A DNA stretch of 64,000 nt from an uncultured delta proteobacterium (GTDB lineage: Bacteria; Bdellovibrionota; FAC87; UBA2466), in assembly GCA_963778115.1 (NCBI GenBank), contig CAVZSV010000004.1, positions 1,600,001 through 1,664,000 of the forward strand, read 5' to 3'. The notes beneath the pieces were generated by a model. It did no database searches, was not told the origin of the DNA, and saw only the letters and a list, made by a program, of their open reading frames with translations. Both the position numbers and the translations under genes were made by a program. Positions 30,583-39,167 of this stretch are shown here, piece by piece. Position 1 is the stretch's first letter, and each line of letters starts with the position of its first letter.

Positions 30583-31290
30583 ATGAAACAAGAAAAGAAA
30601 CGAGATAGCCCCCGGCATCTTCCCGAAAGCGCCTGTTCCGAGTGTTGGAAACCGCAAGAGCTCTGCATTTGCGAGACCATCAGGGCATGCGCGACTCGCC
30701 ATCGGGTGCTGCTACTCCAACATCCGCGTGAGACCCGTAGCCCTTTAGGCACGGCCTCTCTTGCTTCGCTTTACCTTAATAACTCGGTCCATCGGATTGG
30801 CCTCAGCTGGCGCTCACTCAGTAGTGCCCTCGGAGAACAGACTCACCCCCAACATTGGGCGGTATTGTACTTGGGAACGAAAAAAAAATCTCAAAACAAA
30901 GGTTCCCAACCGATAAATAACAATGCCGAGCCGGCTCCGGTGTTTCAGGTCGTTTCCGCCAAAGGAAAGCCGGTCGATCCTAGAGAGGTTCGGGGCGTGA
31001 TTATTTTAGATGGCAACTGGGAACAGTCCAAGACACTGTGGTGGAGAAACCCTTGGCTGCTCAGGCTAAATCGGATTCAGCTTCGACCGGAACAACTCTC
31101 TCTCTATGGGAAGTTGAGGCGCCAGCCTCGGAAAAATTGTTTATCTTCATTGGAAGCCGTGGCGACCACCTTGGAAAACTTAGGTGAAGATAAGAACGTG
31201 ACGAGCGGTCTAAGGGATCTAATGTCTCAATTGCTATCCCGAGCCGACGCGCTCTCTTCGGCTAACCGGCATCCAGCACCTGCATCGTAA
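30583..31290 (+). CDS. DTW-domain tRNA-uridine aminocarboxypropyltransferase-like protein
   Basis: CxxC..LCIC, LQHPRE, ILDGNW (variant of DxTW), LSSLEAV. Confidence 0.8.
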   Translation: MKQEKKRDSPRHLPESACSECWKPQELCICETIRACATRHRVLLLQHPRETRSPLGTASLASLYLNNSVHRIGLSWRSLSSALGEQTHPQHWAVLYLGTKKKSQNKGSQPINNNAEPAPVFQVVSAKGKPVDPREVRGVIILDGNWEQSKTLWWRNPWLLRLNRIQLRPEQLSLYGKLRRQPRKNCLSSLEAVATTLENLGEDKNVTSGLRDLMSQLLSRADALSSANRHPAPAS

Positions 31291-32230
31291 GAGCGATCAC
31301 CTGTTCCACCGCCGCTTCCATCTTTCCCGTTATTTTGGCGCCAGCGGCATAGAGATGGCCTCCGCCCCCTAACTTCTTGGCGATGTCGATGACCTTCACT
31401 CCGCGGTTCCCTCGAAAACTAAGCTTTATCTCCCCACTGTCTTCCTCGCGGAGCAAAATGCCCACTTCTACCTTTTCCATCAGGGTCAGCTGATTCACGA
31501 ACGATTCCGTGTCTTCTACGGTGGCTCCATAACGCCCGCGAAGCACTTTAGGAATCACAAGCCAAGCAATTCGCCCGTCCTCTGTGGTCTTGATCGCTTC
31601 TAAAATATTTCCCAGCAACCGCATCTTTGCGACGGAATCGCACGCATAAACCGATTCATAAACCTCGTCGGGCCTCACCCCTTTTTCTAGAAGTTCGGCC
31701 GCCATTCGATGAGACTCCGCATTAGTACGGCGGTAGCGAAAGCTTCCCGTATCGGTCATCAGGGCAACATACAGTGGAACGGCCATGGAAAGGTCTAACG
31801 TGGCGTTGAAAGTCTTAAGCAATCGGTACACCAGCTCCCCTGTCGAGCCACAGGTTTGATCAATAAAAAAGTGAGCCCCTTCAGTGTCGCTAGGAATGTG
31901 GTGGTCGAAGAAAACCACTTTGGCTTTGGAGGAACGAATGGGCTTTTCCAACGGCCCCAGCATTTTCCATTCGCTCGTATCCAAGACAAAGATAACGTCA
32001 ACGTTCCCCAATCCCTTTTTCGGGTCGAAGACCTCGATCTGGTATTGGGGATCACAGCATTGAAACTTGGGGGCGGTCGCATGGGTATTGAGCACACGGC
32101 AGGATTTCCCGAACTGATTCAAAAAGTGGTAAAGGCCCATTTCGGCGCCCAGGCCGTCCCCATCAGGGAACACGTGAGTGGTGAGAATGAACCGAGAGTT
32201 TTTTTTGATAAGTTCGACGACTTCGTTCAA
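31262..32230 (-). CDS. nrnA: DHH/DHHA1 oligoribonuclease / pAp phosphatase
   Basis: HVFPDGDG, FDHH, DTGSF, GGGGH. TTG start. Confidence 0.9.
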   Translation of the reverse strand: MNEVVELIKKNSRFILTTHVFPDGDGLGAEMGLYHFLNQFGKSCRVLNTHATAPKFQCCDPQYQIEVFDPKKGLGNVDVIFVLDTSEWKMLGPLEKPIRSSKAKVVFFDHHIPSDTEGAHFFIDQTCGSTGELVYRLLKTFNATLDLSMAVPLYVALMTDTGSFRYRRTNAESHRMAAELLEKGVRPDEVYESVYACDSVAKMRLLGNILEAIKTTEDGRIAWLVIPKVLRGRYGATVEDTESFVNQLTLMEKVEVGILLREEDSGEIKLSFRGNRGVKVIDIAKKLGGGGHLYAAGAKITGKMEAAVEQVIALTMQVLDAG

Positions 32231-32322
32231 TGGGAAACCTTTCCTAGATCAATGACGGTTTCATTATATCAAAGGCGGCCGCTCTGGACAGTTCGCCCGA
32301 AGTGGATCTACAGTGGGCAGAC

Positions 32323-33144
32323 ATGGATAAACTTATCATTACAGTCGCCGTGACTGGCGCCGAACTAGACAAGAAGAAAGTCCCCTTTCTCCCCACCACT
32401 CCTGAGGAGCAGGCTCAAGCGGCCAAAGAGTGTGTGGATGCGGGAGCTTCGGTGATTCACCTGCACGTTCGTGACGACGCCGGACAACCCAGCCAGGAAT
32501 TAGCGCATTTTAAGAGGGCCACCGAAAAGATCCGCTCGGTTTGCCAGACTAAGCCTCTTATTCAATTTTCCACTGGGGGGGCCGTTGGCGAAAAGATCGA
32601 GCGCAGAATTGCCCCCTTAACGCTACGCCCCGAGATGGCGTCCTTTAACTTGGGGACGATCAACTTCGGGGAAGATATTTTTGTAAACACCTTTGCCGAA
32701 ATGCGAAGCCTAGCGACCGCGTTGCGCGCCGAAAAGGTGGTTCCCGAATACGAGATTTATGATGCGGGGCACATCGATAACCTTAAGAAATTGGCTCGCG
32801 AGGGAGTTATCGCCCCGCCTTACCATTGCCAGTTTGTCCTAGGAGTTCCTGGGGCGCTTTCCGGAGAGCTTCCTGGCCTTCTCTACCTGGTGGAACACTT
32901 ACCAAAAGAGTCCTCTTGGGCTGTCGCGGGTATTGGAAAATACGAACTTCCCTTGGCGGTGCACTCCATTCTACTCGGAGGACATGTGCGGGTCGGATTG
33001 GAAGACAACATCTATTACGCGAAGGGTCAACTCGCCAAGAGTAACGCCCAACTCGTCGAGCGAATCGTTCGCCTGGCCAAAGAGTTGGGGCGCGAAATCG
33101 CTTCGCCTAGCGAAGCGCGTCAGATGTTGGGGATACTGAATTAG
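32323..33144 (+). CDS. kce: 3-keto-5-aminohexanoate cleavage enzyme (BKACE family)
   Basis: IITVAVTGAE, IHLHVR, QFSTGGA, GGHVRVGLEDNIY. Confidence 0.9.
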   Translation: MDKLIITVAVTGAELDKKKVPFLPTTPEEQAQAAKECVDAGASVIHLHVRDDAGQPSQELAHFKRATEKIRSVCQTKPLIQFSTGGAVGEKIERRIAPLTLRPEMASFNLGTINFGEDIFVNTFAEMRSLATALRAEKVVPEYEIYDAGHIDNLKKLAREGVIAPPYHCQFVLGVPGALSGELPGLLYLVEHLPKESSWAVAGIGKYELPLAVHSILLGGHVRVGLEDNIYYAKGQLAKSNAQLVERIVRLAKELGREIASPSEARQMLGILN

Positions 33145-33164
33145 ATTCTGCATATTCCAAATCC

Positions 33165-33223
33165 AGATTGCCGCATCGCTCCACTCCTCCCAACGACCGC
33201 AGGAGCGCAACGACGAAGCCATT
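33165..33223. repeat. Degenerate REP-like palindromic repeat halves
   Basis: GATTGCCGCATCGCTCCACTCCTCCCAACGAC followed by GCAGGAGCGCAACGACGAAGCCAT. Both resemble, from memory, the widespread GCGAGGAGCGxAGCGACGAAGCAATC repeat type. Confidence 0.45.
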
Positions 33224-33244
33224 GGATTCGGACTAGCATTTTCT

Positions 33245-33271
33245 TCACTTTTTCTCCTTTTTTACCGATAG
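33245..33271 (+). promoter_or_regulatory. Putative sigma-28 (FliA)-type promoter
   Basis: TCACT-N14-ACCGATAG, 7 nt upstream of ATG 33279. Confidence 0.4.
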
Positions 33272-33278
33272 CGGGATT

Positions 33279-34226
33279 ATGAGATCTCTGCCAAGACTGG
33301 GAACCGCTATTTTAAGCCTCTGCTTGATAGCCACCTCCGCCCATGCCGCTCGCCTATTGGGCAACGGTCCTCAAAGTGACGAGGTAATTGTTTCGCAATC
33401 ACCGCAGCACCCGTTCATTCGTTACGACAGAATCTGTTTTTACCGAGGAGAAAACGAAGTCGCCTGCGGCAACGTGGTGTCAGCCTCCCGTAGACAGGCT
33501 GTGGTTCAAGTCGATAGCCGCAAAGACATTGTCCGCGAAAAAAAACGTGATGCGGGTCAAGAGAGTTTCGTGGAATTAAATTTTGAAAAGGCCCGACTTC
33601 GAATGTCGGACCGCGTGGCTTTGGTCTCTCACGAAGATCCTCCCCCCGATGAGAGCGTATCTGAAGAGGTTATCTCCGGGTTAGAAAAACTAGAAGCGGA
33701 TGATAAGAGCAAAGAGCCCCGCAGTATTTCGGGGAAAGAAGATCTTTTGACAGAAATGGATCCGTCGATTCAGGAAACCCAAAACGGTAGTGACCGTCAT
33801 GCCAATATTACCGGTGGGCTTATGAATCTTTTCCCGGAGGTTCAATACCAAACCGCGATCAACAATCACTTCGCTCCCGGATTCATAGCAATGTATATGA
33901 ATTCATCCATGGGCAACGGAATGGTCAAGGGATTTGGAATGTATGGAACGGCTACTTACTACGACAAAGAGCCTTTTCAGGGGTGGTGGGCCCAAGCGGG
34001 ATTAGGAATTCTTTCGCTGAAAGGAAATGCCGATGCCACCCCGGTCAGTTTTTCTTCACTCGCCGTCCTTACCAATGCCGGTTGGCGTTGGAAGTGGAGT
34101 TCGGGATGGAACGTGGGCGTGGGAGCGGGATTTCAATTTTTGACGAACTCCCATCCTGCGAACAGTTCACTTTCGTTCTCTTCGGTACTTCCCACCCTCA
34201 ACGTCGATGTCGGGTTCAATTTCTAG
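33279..34226 (+). CDS. Secreted protein with C-terminal outer-membrane beta-barrel
   Basis: Signal peptide (..SAHA), acidic linker, amphipathic strands, terminal Phe (VGFNF). Confidence 0.7.
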   Translation: MRSLPRLGTAILSLCLIATSAHAARLLGNGPQSDEVIVSQSPQHPFIRYDRICFYRGENEVACGNVVSASRRQAVVQVDSRKDIVREKKRDAGQESFVELNFEKARLRMSDRVALVSHEDPPPDESVSEEVISGLEKLEADDKSKEPRSISGKEDLLTEMDPSIQETQNGSDRHANITGGLMNLFPEVQYQTAINNHFAPGFIAMYMNSSMGNGMVKGFGMYGTATYYDKEPFQGWWAQAGLGILSLKGNADATPVSFSSLAVLTNAGWRWKWSSGWNVGVGAGFQFLTNSHPANSSLSFSSVLPTLNVDVGFNF

Positions 34227-34227
34227 C

Positions 34228-34665
34228 TTATTTCTTAGAAGCATCAACAAATCTAAGTCGAATCTCCGTCAGCAAACTCTCCATTAACTGAGTTTCGTCG
34301 GGGGTGAGATTTCCTTTGGTCTTTTGCTGAAGTACCGCTAAGAGTTCGATGTTCTGTCGGGCCAATTCCAAGTTCTTTGACTTCTTATTGGTCGCCGGAT
34401 CAGGGGCGAGCCCCATATTAATAAGAGCACCCGTCGCTAGGGAGAAAACAAAAGTGGAAAAATCGATCTGGTGGGGCTCTGAGGGAGCTTCTCCCTCTTT
34501 CATCGTAAACCCTTCCCCTTCCGTAGGAGATGTCTTAGCAGGAGCTTCTTTTGTTTTCTCTGCGTTGGCTTTTTCTGCGTTTGCGTTTTCTTTAGGGGCC
34601 CCTTCCGCCGAGTGGCGCTTGTCTACGATTTTGAAGTCTTCTTCAGGCACCATAACTTCCTCCAC
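34228..34665 (-). CDS. DUF1844 protein
   Basis: IDFSTFVFSLA..ALINMG..ARQNIELL..LQQKTKGNL..E. Confidence 0.85.
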   Translation of the reverse strand: MEEVMVPEEDFKIVDKRHSAEGAPKENANAEKANAEKTKEAPAKTSPTEGEGFTMKEGEAPSEPHQIDFSTFVFSLATGALINMGLAPDPATNKKSKNLELARQNIELLAVLQQKTKGNLTPDETQLMESLLTEIRLRFVDASKK

Positions 34666-34674
34666 TAAATTAAA

Positions 34675-35349
34675 CTACGCTTTCTCTGTTGCCGGTTTGT
34701 CTTGTGCAGGCGCTACAATCGCTGGAGCGGGTGCGGCAGCCGGTTTTGGAGCCGCTTTCGCCGCCTTGGCCTTAGCCTCGGCTTCTAACGTCTTAAGCTT
34801 CTTACGACGCTCCACGAGTTCACCATAATCTAAGGTGCTCACCGAAGGAACATCCGCCGGAACGGCGGGAAGTCGGTTTACCGAAGGGCCAGCGTCTTTG
34901 CGCCTCAGATAGACCTCTTTTACCTTGGCTAGATAGAAATTCTTAGCGACCACGAAGTTATCGATGGTTTTGAATTCAACGGTAACCACAGATTTTCTTC
35001 CCACCTGACCTTCGGTCAGCAGGTCCTTAAACTCCTGGGGGAGATCGACAAATTGGAGACAGGACTCTTTCTGGGGAGGTTCCCAACTGACTGAGAAGGC
35101 CCCCTCTTTGACAGCGCTCTCGGGGCTGTAGTGGCTAACTTTGATCCGATAAAAGGCCAAAGCAAATGCCTTGGAGTCCCATTGGACCCAAAATCCCAAG
35201 GTGCCGTCCTTGTCGCCCGAAGCAATCCCCACACGGGGCTTTGCTTTGTTCGTCCGAACGCCCAAAAGCGCTAGGATAACCGCATAGAGGCCCGCGAAGA
35301 GCCCCAGAGTCATGAAAACCGCTACGAATAAGCTGAGCCAAACTGACAT
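34675..35349 (-). CDS. Hypothetical membrane-anchored protein with Ala/Pro/Lys-rich tail
   Basis: N-terminal TM helix, GGAG RBS, 9 bp from the DUF1844 gene. Confidence 0.75.
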   Translation of the reverse strand: MSVWLSLFVAVFMTLGLFAGLYAVILALLGVRTNKAKPRVGIASGDKDGTLGFWVQWDSKAFALAFYRIKVSHYSPESAVKEGAFSVSWEPPQKESCLQFVDLPQEFKDLLTEGQVGRKSVVTVEFKTIDNFVVAKNFYLAKVKEVYLRRKDAGPSVNRLPAVPADVPSVSTLDYGELVERRKKLKTLEAEAKAKAAKAAPKPAAAPAPAIVAPAQDKPATEKA

Positions 35350-35566
35350 GGTTGTTCCGCTCCCTCACAATGTCGAGTCAGAATCTCACGTTTTTATCAT
35401 TAGAATTCAAAGTTTGTCGAGGACTGTGCGGAGGGAGCCATTTGTCCTAGCCAAGGGATATGGTGGAGATTTGGTTGTAGAGGGGGCACAAAAACCGATA
35501 TATTACGTCTCTTATTGGAGATACCCTATTGGCAGTACTATTTCTTAATCCCCGCGAGGACGAACC

Positions 35567-36370
35567 GTGAAAAACCGAAAGACCGCACGTTTGACCAGGA
35601 TTTTATTATGTGGGCCTTTACTGGTTCTTATTTCTTTACACGGAGCGCTTTTAAACGCCGCAACCGATGACAGGCAGGCCGCGTCCAACTCCTCGAAGAA
35701 TTTGAGAGTGGCCTCTGCTCAGCCAGAGGGTCAGTCCAAGGCGCAAGCCGAAGGCCCTCAGGAAAGCCCCCTTAATTTCGGACTGGATATCGAGTTCAGC
35801 CCCACTTCCTATCCGAATTATTTATACACGCCCTCTTTTTCGACGCGAGGGAATGGTTATGAAATCCACGTGGGGTTTGAATGGTTCCTATTTAAGACGA
35901 CCGGAAAACTAGGCCTAGGCCTTGCTAGTGGCTTTTTCACCTATCCCAACGTGGGAGTCACAACCGATCAAAATGGAACGACCCAAGTAGCCACTCTTTA
36001 CACCATTCCGATTTCGGCTTACCTGAGCTACCGCTTTGACTACCAAAAGAAGGGAAAACAGATTGTGGTTCCCTTCGTGAAGTTTGGCCCCAATTACTCT
36101 TTGATCATCCAGCATTCCAATTTCAATAGCTATGTTCAATTGGCAAAAAGCGGAGTCGGAAGCTACGTGGGACTGGAATACGGCGGCGGACTCGAATTGT
36201 GTTTGAACTTTATCGAGCCCGCGACCGCGGCGGACTTGGATAGATCGACCGGTATCAATGCCACCTACCTCATCGTTGAATATATGCGATCGAGCGCTAT
36301 CTCCGGCGCCTCCTCGGGAAACGATCTTTCAGGCTATCAGATTCGAATGGGACTCAGATTTGAGATTTAA
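35567..36370 (+). CDS. Outer-membrane beta-barrel protein (MXAN_2562-like)
   Basis: GAGGA RBS with GTG start, signal peptide, VVPFVKFG, D.STGINATYL.VE, ends GLRFEI. Family assignment from memory. Confidence 0.65.
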   Translation: MKNRKTARLTRILLCGPLLVLISLHGALLNAATDDRQAASNSSKNLRVASAQPEGQSKAQAEGPQESPLNFGLDIEFSPTSYPNYLYTPSFSTRGNGYEIHVGFEWFLFKTTGKLGLGLASGFFTYPNVGVTTDQNGTTQVATLYTIPISAYLSYRFDYQKKGKQIVVPFVKFGPNYSLIIQHSNFNSYVQLAKSGVGSYVGLEYGGGLELCLNFIEPATAADLDRSTGINATYLIVEYMRSSAISGASSGNDLSGYQIRMGLRFEI

Positions 36371-36625
36371 GGAGTGGGTGTCGCTAACACTCTCAAGCGG
36401 ATTGCCGCGAAGATTGTTCACCACGAAAAGAACACCTGCCGCCGCAAAAACAATTCCGATTACGAAGTTTAACGCATTGCTACCCAGATAGAGCTGGCCG
36501 CCCGGCTCCACCATCCGCGCTTTAATCATTCCGTTGGCCGTACGATAAACGATAACCACCCCGGAGATCACAAGGGTCGCGCCGAGGAGCATCATGACAA
36601 TATTTCCTAATTGAATGGGATGCAC
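36329..36625 (-). CDS. Small two-TM membrane protein
   Basis: Two hydrophobic helices. Start uncertain (GTG 36625 chosen). Overlaps the barrel gene's 3' end by 42 bp. Confidence 0.55.
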   Translation of the reverse strand: MHPIQLGNIVMMLLGATLVISGVVIVYRTANGMIKARMVEPGGQLYLGSNALNFVIGIVFAAAGVLFVVNNLRGNPLESVSDTHSLNLKSESHSNLIA

Positions 36626-36703
36626 CAAACACTTGTACCCGAACTTCACCGGAAGCGACAATACTTTTTGAAGGGCGCCACCCGCCCCATGGTAAAATGG
36701 CCT

Positions 36704-37900
36704 ATGCCATTTGCTCGCTTGAAACCTTCGGCTAGCTCTTCCAAGAAGTTTTTTGTCTTTGATACGCACCCTATCCAATACCGCTCTCCCGTCTTTCGCG
36801 CGCTAGCGGCGCGGATGCCCGGAATGAAAGTTTTTTACTTTTCCGATAAGTTCGATGGACGCAAATGGTGGTTCCACGAAGTCGGTAAAATTCCCGAACA
36901 GAATTGGAATTTAGATCTCACGACGGGGTTTCCGTCGGAGTCGTTAGGAGAACTTTCTACTGGAGCTTGGAAAAACTACCGGACGCTCTCAGCTTTACTA
37001 AAGAGAGAGAAGCCCGACGCCGTGCTGATTTACGGGTATTACCTTCCCCAGCACTGGATGCTGTGGTGGCTTTGTAAAAATTTAGACATTCCGCTTCTTT
37101 TTATTGGAGAGACGTTTTCGCGAGAAGGCGCAGGAGTCAGAAAATGGTTGAAAGGTGTCCTTCAGCCTCTTTTTTTTCGTGGAATCAAACACTTTGTTAG
37201 TATTGGTAGCCGAACGCAATCCTTCTACCTCTCTTTTGGTACCCCCCAATCAAAAATTACCTCAGCACACTATTGCGTAGACACTAAGTTTTTCGAGATG
37301 GATTCGGTCCAATCGCAAAGAGTTAGAACACAGGTTCGGGAGCGGTTAGGGATTGCAAAAGATGCTTTTGTCCTTCTTTTCGTAGGTAGACTTTTTGAGC
37401 GGAAACGTCCATGGGATATGGCGAAGATCCATAAAGGGCTCATCGAAAAACAAAATATCACCACCGTAATAGTCGGAAACGGCCCGTTAGAGCATGAAAT
37501 GAAAAAATTGGCGATGGAGACTACACAACTGCTCTGCGTAGGATTCAAGAATCAGGCGGAAACGCGAGACTTATACCATGCGGCGGATCTATTGCTCGTT
37601 CCTAGCGAATACGAAACGTGGGGGCTAGTCATCAACGAAGCTTTCGCAGCGGGACTCCCCGCTTTGGTAACTCCACAGTGCGGGGCCGCGGGAGATTTGG
37701 TGGTTGAAGGCGAGACAGGGTTTGTCTTTCCTATTGGGGATACCGCCGCAGCCGTTGAAAAGGTGCGGTGGTGTAAGGAGCATCCCGAAGAATATGCGGC
37801 GATGAGAGTTAAGGCAAAACAGATGGTGATTTCCGAGTTTGGAATTGAGCAGTTCGCTGAAGCGGTGGTTACTGCGGTAGAGATCGCAACTCAAGATTAG
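36704..37900 (+). CDS. GT4-family glycosyltransferase
   Basis: THPIQY, LFVGRL..RKRP, PSEYETWGLVINEA (EX7E). Start uncertain. Confidence 0.88.
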   Translation: MPFARLKPSASSSKKFFVFDTHPIQYRSPVFRALAARMPGMKVFYFSDKFDGRKWWFHEVGKIPEQNWNLDLTTGFPSESLGELSTGAWKNYRTLSALLKREKPDAVLIYGYYLPQHWMLWWLCKNLDIPLLFIGETFSREGAGVRKWLKGVLQPLFFRGIKHFVSIGSRTQSFYLSFGTPQSKITSAHYCVDTKFFEMDSVQSQRVRTQVRERLGIAKDAFVLLFVGRLFERKRPWDMAKIHKGLIEKQNITTVIVGNGPLEHEMKKLAMETTQLLCVGFKNQAETRDLYHAADLLLVPSEYETWGLVINEAFAAGLPALVTPQCGAAGDLVVEGETGFVFPIGDTAAAVEKVRWCKEHPEEYAAMRVKAKQMVISEFGIEQFAEAVVTAVEIATQD

Positions 37901-37953
37901 CGTAAAGAATCACCAACCGGCTAGGCCAGATAAATTTGAATTTAAGTTTAAGT

Positions 37954-39066
37954 CTAAGTAATAGGCAAGGTGACCCGAATCGTCGTTCCTTCGGATTCGG
38001 TGGAGTTCAAAGACAACGCTCCCCCATGCCCCTCAATGATTAACCTGCACATCGCAAGGCCAAGCCCCAAGTTGCGATGGTGGTTAAGTTCGGCACCTGA
38101 AGTCACCAAAGGATTAAACGCCTCCATCGAAAGTACGGGCCCTTTTCGCCAGATACAGACCGAACCCGATTTGTCGCCAGACTCGACCCAGACTTGAATC
38201 TCTCCTTTGTCTGGGGCATTGCGGATCGCATCATCCGCCAATCGATTGAGTGCCAACTTCATCCGTTGCGGATCACAGTGAACGGTAACGTTTTCAACGG
38301 ACTTCAGTTTCACTTGAATATGCTTCTTGGAAGCTCCTTTCCGCCATTCCGCGACGAGTGCTTTCACTTCAGTCGCCAAGTCAAAAGGTTGTAAGTGAAA
38401 ATTCGGTTGCGACTCCAATTTCGTATAGGTGAGCACTTCAGCGACTATCTCTTTAAACCTGTCCGCTGCCGTCGTAATTCCTGATACCGCTTTTTGAACG
38501 TCTTCGCTTAACGTCTCCTTGGCGTCGTTGAGAAACCCAGCGAAAGATCCTAGTACCGTCAATGGCGTATTGAGTTCGTGAGAAATGAGAGAGAGAAAGC
38601 TCGCTTTTGCTTGATCTAGCAGTTTCAATTCCTGCAATGCCTTATTGAGTTCCTGATTACTCTCAGACAAGGCTTTATTCTTCGTTTCTAGTTCTTTCCG
38701 CAGTAAGTAAGCTTCGTCCGCTTGCCGCAAAGTAAGTCTTAAATCTTCAGGGTCCCAGGGCTTGGCGATGTATCGATAGATATTTCCCCGATTGATGGCG
38801 CCTATAATCGAATCCACGTCCGTATAACCCGTTAACAAAATCCGAATAGATGCCGGGGAAACGCTTTTTGCTTTCTCCAGCAATTCGACTCCCGACATTT
38901 CGGGCATTCGCTGGTCCGATATGATGACATGATACGTATTCTTTTGAATGAGTTTGACAGCATCAAAAGGGGAAGTCGTCGTTGTGACTTCGTACTGGTT
39001 GCGAACCAGCCGTTGTAACGCCTCTAAGTTGTCTCTTTCATCGTCGACGATGAGAATGGGGTGCAT
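37954..39066 (-). CDS. Hybrid receiver-histidine kinase with degenerate ATPase domain
   Basis: REC domain (IVDDE, SDQRMP, KPW), H box SHELNTPL, G2 box LGLGL. Confidence 0.85.
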   Translation of the reverse strand: MHPILIVDDERDNLEALQRLVRNQYEVTTTTSPFDAVKLIQKNTYHVIISDQRMPEMSGVELLEKAKSVSPASIRILLTGYTDVDSIIGAINRGNIYRYIAKPWDPEDLRLTLRQADEAYLLRKELETKNKALSESNQELNKALQELKLLDQAKASFLSLISHELNTPLTVLGSFAGFLNDAKETLSEDVQKAVSGITTAADRFKEIVAEVLTYTKLESQPNFHLQPFDLATEVKALVAEWRKGASKKHIQVKLKSVENVTVHCDPQRMKLALNRLADDAIRNAPDKGEIQVWVESGDKSGSVCIWRKGPVLSMEAFNPLVTSGAELNHHRNLGLGLAMCRLIIEGHGGALSLNSTESEGTTIRVTLPIT

Positions 39067-39167
39067 TAGGGATCCTCATGGAACTTTTGTGGGAATTCAA
39101 TTAATGATATGCCGGTACTACTTGAGTTTCAAGGAACGCCGGCAAATGAGGGCCAAAGAGGATCAAA

